NCBI GenBank assembly: GCA_041611735.1
Contig: JBFIML010000007.1
Span: 55,997-119,996 of the forward strand
Origin: Myxococcota bacterium
GTDB lineage: Bacteria > Myxococcota_A > UBA9160 > PR03
DNA: 64,000 nt
Direction of reading: 5' to 3'
In this document: in pieces, positions 60,826-64,000 of the stretch
Numbering within the stretch: the stretch's first letter is position 1
Layout: each line of letters opens with the position of its first letter
Made by a program: the position numbers and the translations under genes
Notes under the pieces: generated by a model
Seen by the model: the letters and a program-made list of their open reading frames with translations, nothing else
Told to the model about the DNA's origin: nothing
Database searches by the model: none

Positions 60826-63783
60826 TCAGGTGCCCCGCCGCCGCCGGTGCAGCCAAAGCAGCGCCGGCAGGAGCAAAACCAGCTCGAAGCCAAGGCCGCA
60901 CCCGCCGCAAGACACGCGCTCGCAGTCGCGGTAGGGCTGAGCGCAGTTCGGGTCCGCACCCGCCGGATCGGGCGGACGACCGGCGTCGAGGCCGCCATCC
61001 CAGTCGGTGCCGGCCTTCTCCGGATCGTTCGTCGCCGCGTCGTTGTCGATCCCGTCCTGGCAATGCGGACTCTCGCTGAACGAGCCCGGACCCGCGCAGC
61101 CGCGGTCCCCGCCGCCCGCCGACCAGCCGTTGGCCCCGTCGTTGAAGGTCACGAGCTCGAAGTCGGCGCGGCCGTCGCCATCGTTGTCGATCCCGTCGTC
61201 GCAGGCCAAGTGGGCCGCTCGCTCGCCCAGATCCGAGGCCGAGCTACAGCCGGGATCTCCGCCCGCGAAGTCCGTACGCCCGTCGCCATCGTTGTCGATG
61301 CCGTCCTGGCAGGCGGGCACCGTCGCCACGCTCTGGAACTGCCGCATCATCTCGTGGTCCTCGTGCTCGAGAATGTGGCAGTGGTACGGGAACAGGCCGG
61401 CGTAGTTCTCGAAGCGCGCGATCACGCGCACGATCTCGTTGGGACCCACCTGCACCGTGTCCTTCCAGCCCGCCTCATGGGGCGGCGGCGGCACCGGCGA
61501 CCCGATGGGTACGATGTTCCCGCCCACGACCTCGAAGGCCTGCCGGTCGAGCACCTGGAACATCACGAGATGCATGTGCATCGGGTGCGTCATCCCGGAC
61601 TTGTTGACGAACTTCCAGACCTCGGTGTCACCGAGTTCCGGGAACTCCGTGAGGTCCTCCCAGTGCTCGCCCACTACGGTGCCCCCGACCACGGAGCGGA
61701 TGAACCAGAGGAACGGGCTGCAGGCGTCGCCCGGGCCCTTCTCCAAGTGGAACTCGCGGAACTGCGTGGCATCCGCCTCCTGGAGCACCTCCATGGGACG
61801 CAACGTGGCCGGCAGGGCCGCGGTGTAGCCCGTCTGGTTCGTCACGATGAACTTCATCACGTTCGGGACCACGCCGACTCCCGGCTCGCCGGGGAAGGGT
61901 GCCGGCGCCGAGTTCCGGAGCACGATCTCGGTGTTGGTCGAATACGGCGCAAAGTTCACGATGGCGTCGGCTCGCTCACCGGGTCCGAGCGTGATCTTGT
62001 TGAGGGTGACGGGGGCCGGGAGCAGCCCGCCCTCGGCGCCGATCTGCTGGAAGGAGGCCCCGTTCGACAGCGTGAGCGCATAGGTGCGCGAGGTCGAGCC
62101 ATTCAGCAGCCGGAAACGGTACTTCCCCTTCTTCACGTTCAAGTACGGCCAGGCCTTGCCATTCACCAAGATCGTGTTGGCGAAGAAGACCTCCTGCCAC
62201 CAGGCCGGATACTGGAGCGATCCGTCGGGGTTGAAGCTGCGGTCCTGGATCGCGAGCGGGATCTCGAACTCGCCCGAGGGCAGCGGCAGCGACTTCTCGT
62301 AGGCATCGCGCAGCAGGTAGAAGCCCGCCAGGCCCATGTACACGTTCAGGCGCGTGATGCCGAGCGCGTGGTCGTGGTACCAGAGCGTCGCCGGGAGCTG
62401 CCAGTTCGGATACGTATACGCGGCGAACTGGCCGGGCGGGTAGGTGGCGTCCGGGTGGCCGTCGAAGGCGCTCTGCACGTGCGCGCCATGCAGGTGCACG
62501 ACCGTGCGGGCGTCCGCGTTCGCCAACGCCCCGTGGGGGCAGGTGTCCACGGGCAGATAGTGCGTGGTGCGGAGCGGTGGCGGATTCCCGCCGGCGCTCG
62601 TATTGCGCAGGTCGTTCACCCAGTTCACCGTGACCGACTTGCCCACAGCCGCCTCGATGGTCGGGCCGGGGGAGCTGGCCCCGCTGGCACCGGTGCCCCA
62701 GCCCCAGACGGTCGTGGGCGGCAGCTGCGCGTGGAGCTGCTGCTGCACCTCGCGCATGGAGATCACGTAGGTCGCGCTCCCTCCGGAGAACCCGATCACG
62801 GGAGTTGCCACGGCGGGAATCGGGAGCGGATCCAGGAACGGCGTCAGCACCACCGGGCACTGGGCGGTGACGCAGGAGCTGAAGGCCCCCTGGAAGGTCC
62901 CGCCGAGCCCGGTGCAGTTGCCTTCACTCTCCGCCTGGCAGGTCGCCGCGGCGTCCGGGAGGCAGCACGCACCAGTCGGCTGCGGACACGGGTTCGGAGT
63001 ACACAGGCTGTCGGAGCCCTGGTAGGTCCCGCTGCACGAGCTGCCCGGGTCGAGTACGACGCTGCAGCTCCCATCCGTGGCGCAGCAGGCTCCGGTGGCG
63101 GCCGGCGGCGTGAAGTCGACCGTGAGCATGGGGCGCCGGGCGGTGGTCGGGTTGGTGCGGCTGTCGAAGCGCTTCACGACCCGCGTATCCGTCTCGTTGC
63201 TGCGCACGATCCATCCATACTCGGGCTGGGTTCCGTTCAGCCAGGCCTGCACGTCGGCCACCATGCTCGCCGACGACCACGTGTAGAAACCGGTCTGGTT
63301 GCTCACCACGGAGGTCGCCCTCGCGGTCGCGGCGAAGTCGCCCCCTGCGCTCGACCAGACCAAGGAGGGGTACTTGCGGTGGGTCCAGGTGGCGTCGTGG
63401 GTCGCGGCCGCGCTTCCGGTGCCCTCCTCGCCGCTGGCGTGAGAGGTGCCCTCGCCCCAGTCGGAGAGGACGCGATACAGGGAGACATTCTGGTTCCCGG
63501 TCCGCGTGCGCGAGAGGTGAAGGGTCAAGGTGACGCTGTTGATCTGGGAGCCCGCGGGAACCGCGGCGTCCACGTCGAAGGCGAGGAGGCCGCGCCGAAG
63601 GAAGCCATCCTTGGTGCGTCCCGCGAAGAAGTGGTCGCCCGCCCCGTTGCTGGAGGCCCCGTTCTCCGAGAAGATCGTGTTGTCCTGGCTCGCGCCGATG
63701 GTGACCACGTCGGCGGCGCCGGCCATGGGCCCGGCGGTCATTCCGAGCAACAGCGTCAGGAAGATGGGCCGATGCGTGCGCAT
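60826..63783 (-). CDS. Secreted multi-domain multicopper oxidase (CotA/bilirubin-oxidase-like) with a DNRLRE-like domain, Cys-rich repeats and a C-terminal anchor
   Basis: Signal peptide; VHLHG, WYHDH, HPMHMH and YHCHILEHEDHEMM Cu ligands; GACC repeats; CxDGIDND repeats; CGLGFEL + hydrophobic + RRRR tail. Confidence 0.9.
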   Translation of the reverse strand: MRTHRPIFLTLLLGMTAGPMAGAADVVTIGASQDNTIFSENGASSNGAGDHFFAGRTKDGFLRRGLLAFDVDAAVPAGSQINSVTLTLHLSRTRTGNQNVSLYRVLSDWGEGTSHASGEEGTGSAAATHDATWTHRKYPSLVWSSAGGDFAATARATSVVSNQTGFYTWSSASMVADVQAWLNGTQPEYGWIVRSNETDTRVVKRFDSRTNPTTARRPMLTVDFTPPAATGACCATDGSCSVVLDPGSSCSGTYQGSDSLCTPNPCPQPTGACCLPDAAATCQAESEGNCTGLGGTFQGAFSSCVTAQCPVVLTPFLDPLPIPAVATPVIGFSGGSATYVISMREVQQQLHAQLPPTTVWGWGTGASGASSPGPTIEAAVGKSVTVNWVNDLRNTSAGGNPPPLRTTHYLPVDTCPHGALANADARTVVHLHGAHVQSAFDGHPDATYPPGQFAAYTYPNWQLPATLWYHDHALGITRLNVYMGLAGFYLLRDAYEKSLPLPSGEFEIPLAIQDRSFNPDGSLQYPAWWQEVFFANTILVNGKAWPYLNVKKGKYRFRLLNGSTSRTYALTLSNGASFQQIGAEGGLLPAPVTLNKITLGPGERADAIVNFAPYSTNTEIVLRNSAPAPFPGEPGVGVVPNVMKFIVTNQTGYTAALPATLRPMEVLQEADATQFREFHLEKGPGDACSPFLWFIRSVVGGTVVGEHWEDLTEFPELGDTEVWKFVNKSGMTHPMHMHLVMFQVLDRQAFEVVGGNIVPIGSPVPPPPHEAGWKDTVQVGPNEIVRVIARFENYAGLFPYHCHILEHEDHEMMRQFQSVATVPACQDGIDNDGDGRTDFAGGDPGCSSASDLGERAAHLACDDGIDNDGDGRADFELVTFNDGANGWSAGGGDRGCAGPGSFSESPHCQDGIDNDAATNDPEKAGTDWDGGLDAGRPPDPAGADPNCAQPYRDCERVSCGGCGLGFELVLLLPALLWLHRRRRGT

Positions 63784-63850
63784 GGCGATCCCCCTCCGCT
63801 TTGCGAGCCACGGTATCGCTTCGATCTCCAACGCCTCGCCGAATTGGAGA

Positions 63851-63865
63851 GCAAGCCGCGTGCCA
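63851..63865 (-). promoter_or_regulatory. Sigma-54 (-24/-12) promoter for the multicopper oxidase
   Basis: Minus strand reads TGGCAC-GCGGC-TTGC, a perfect TGGCAC-N5-TTGC match, about 70 bp upstream of ATG 63783. Confidence 0.75.
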
Positions 63866-64000
63866 GACTCGAGCGCCTGGGAGCATCCCACGCATCCCGA
63901 CAGGCGAGGCTCCGGGCCCGAGTGAGGCGAGCCGCCACAAGCGCCAGGCAGGGCTGTCCCAGCAGGGCAGGTTCGAAGCCCGGGCGCATCCCGGGCGCGA

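Noticed and set aside
60930-61320. Repeated GTTGTCGAT(C/G)CCGTC units as a CRISPR or DNA repeat array
   Set aside because: They are in-frame coding repeats (DGIDND) within the oxidase, with no cas genes or regular spacers.

Overview
A very GC-rich, gene-dense bacterial chromosome segment. Gene style suggests a Myxococcota/deltaproteobacterial-like lineage, but that is inference only. No rRNA, tRNA, CRISPR array, transposase, integrase or phage gene was seen. The left half (1-32 kb) is mixed housekeeping and accessory: aconitase acnA, a RuBisCO-like protein plus cupin pair typical of the MTA-isoprenoid shunt, TPP riboswitch-thiC, mtgA, a GST, a QEGLA metalloprotease, a YfhO-type GT-C, an EAL protein, a selenocysteine-containing SelD (in-frame TGA plus SECIS hairpin, N-terminus missed by the ORF track), a TolB/M28/PDZ peptidase, ArsR with two tandem operator boxes, an MFS transporter, PIMT and an orphan sensor kinase. 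The right half (about 32-60 kb) is a Wzx/Wzy-type surface polysaccharide locus joined to a complete 2-aminoethylphosphonate (AEP) pathway (pepM-nucleotidyltransferase fusion, ppd, AEP transaminase). This locus is the best candidate for an undescribed system. Its priming sugar transferase is fused to a degenerate GGDEF-like domain with an intact RxxD I-site, and a divergent stand-alone paralogue carries the same RSTD motif, which suggests c-di-GMP control of glycan initiation. It also has two glutaminase-less asparagine-synthetase-like ligases and a Thr-type sulfatase-fold protein, but no recognisable LicD or CDP-alcohol transferase, so the phosphonate may be attached in an unusual way. The window ends with a multi-domain secreted multicopper oxidase behind a sigma-54 promoter consensus. 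Many start codons are manual estimates.
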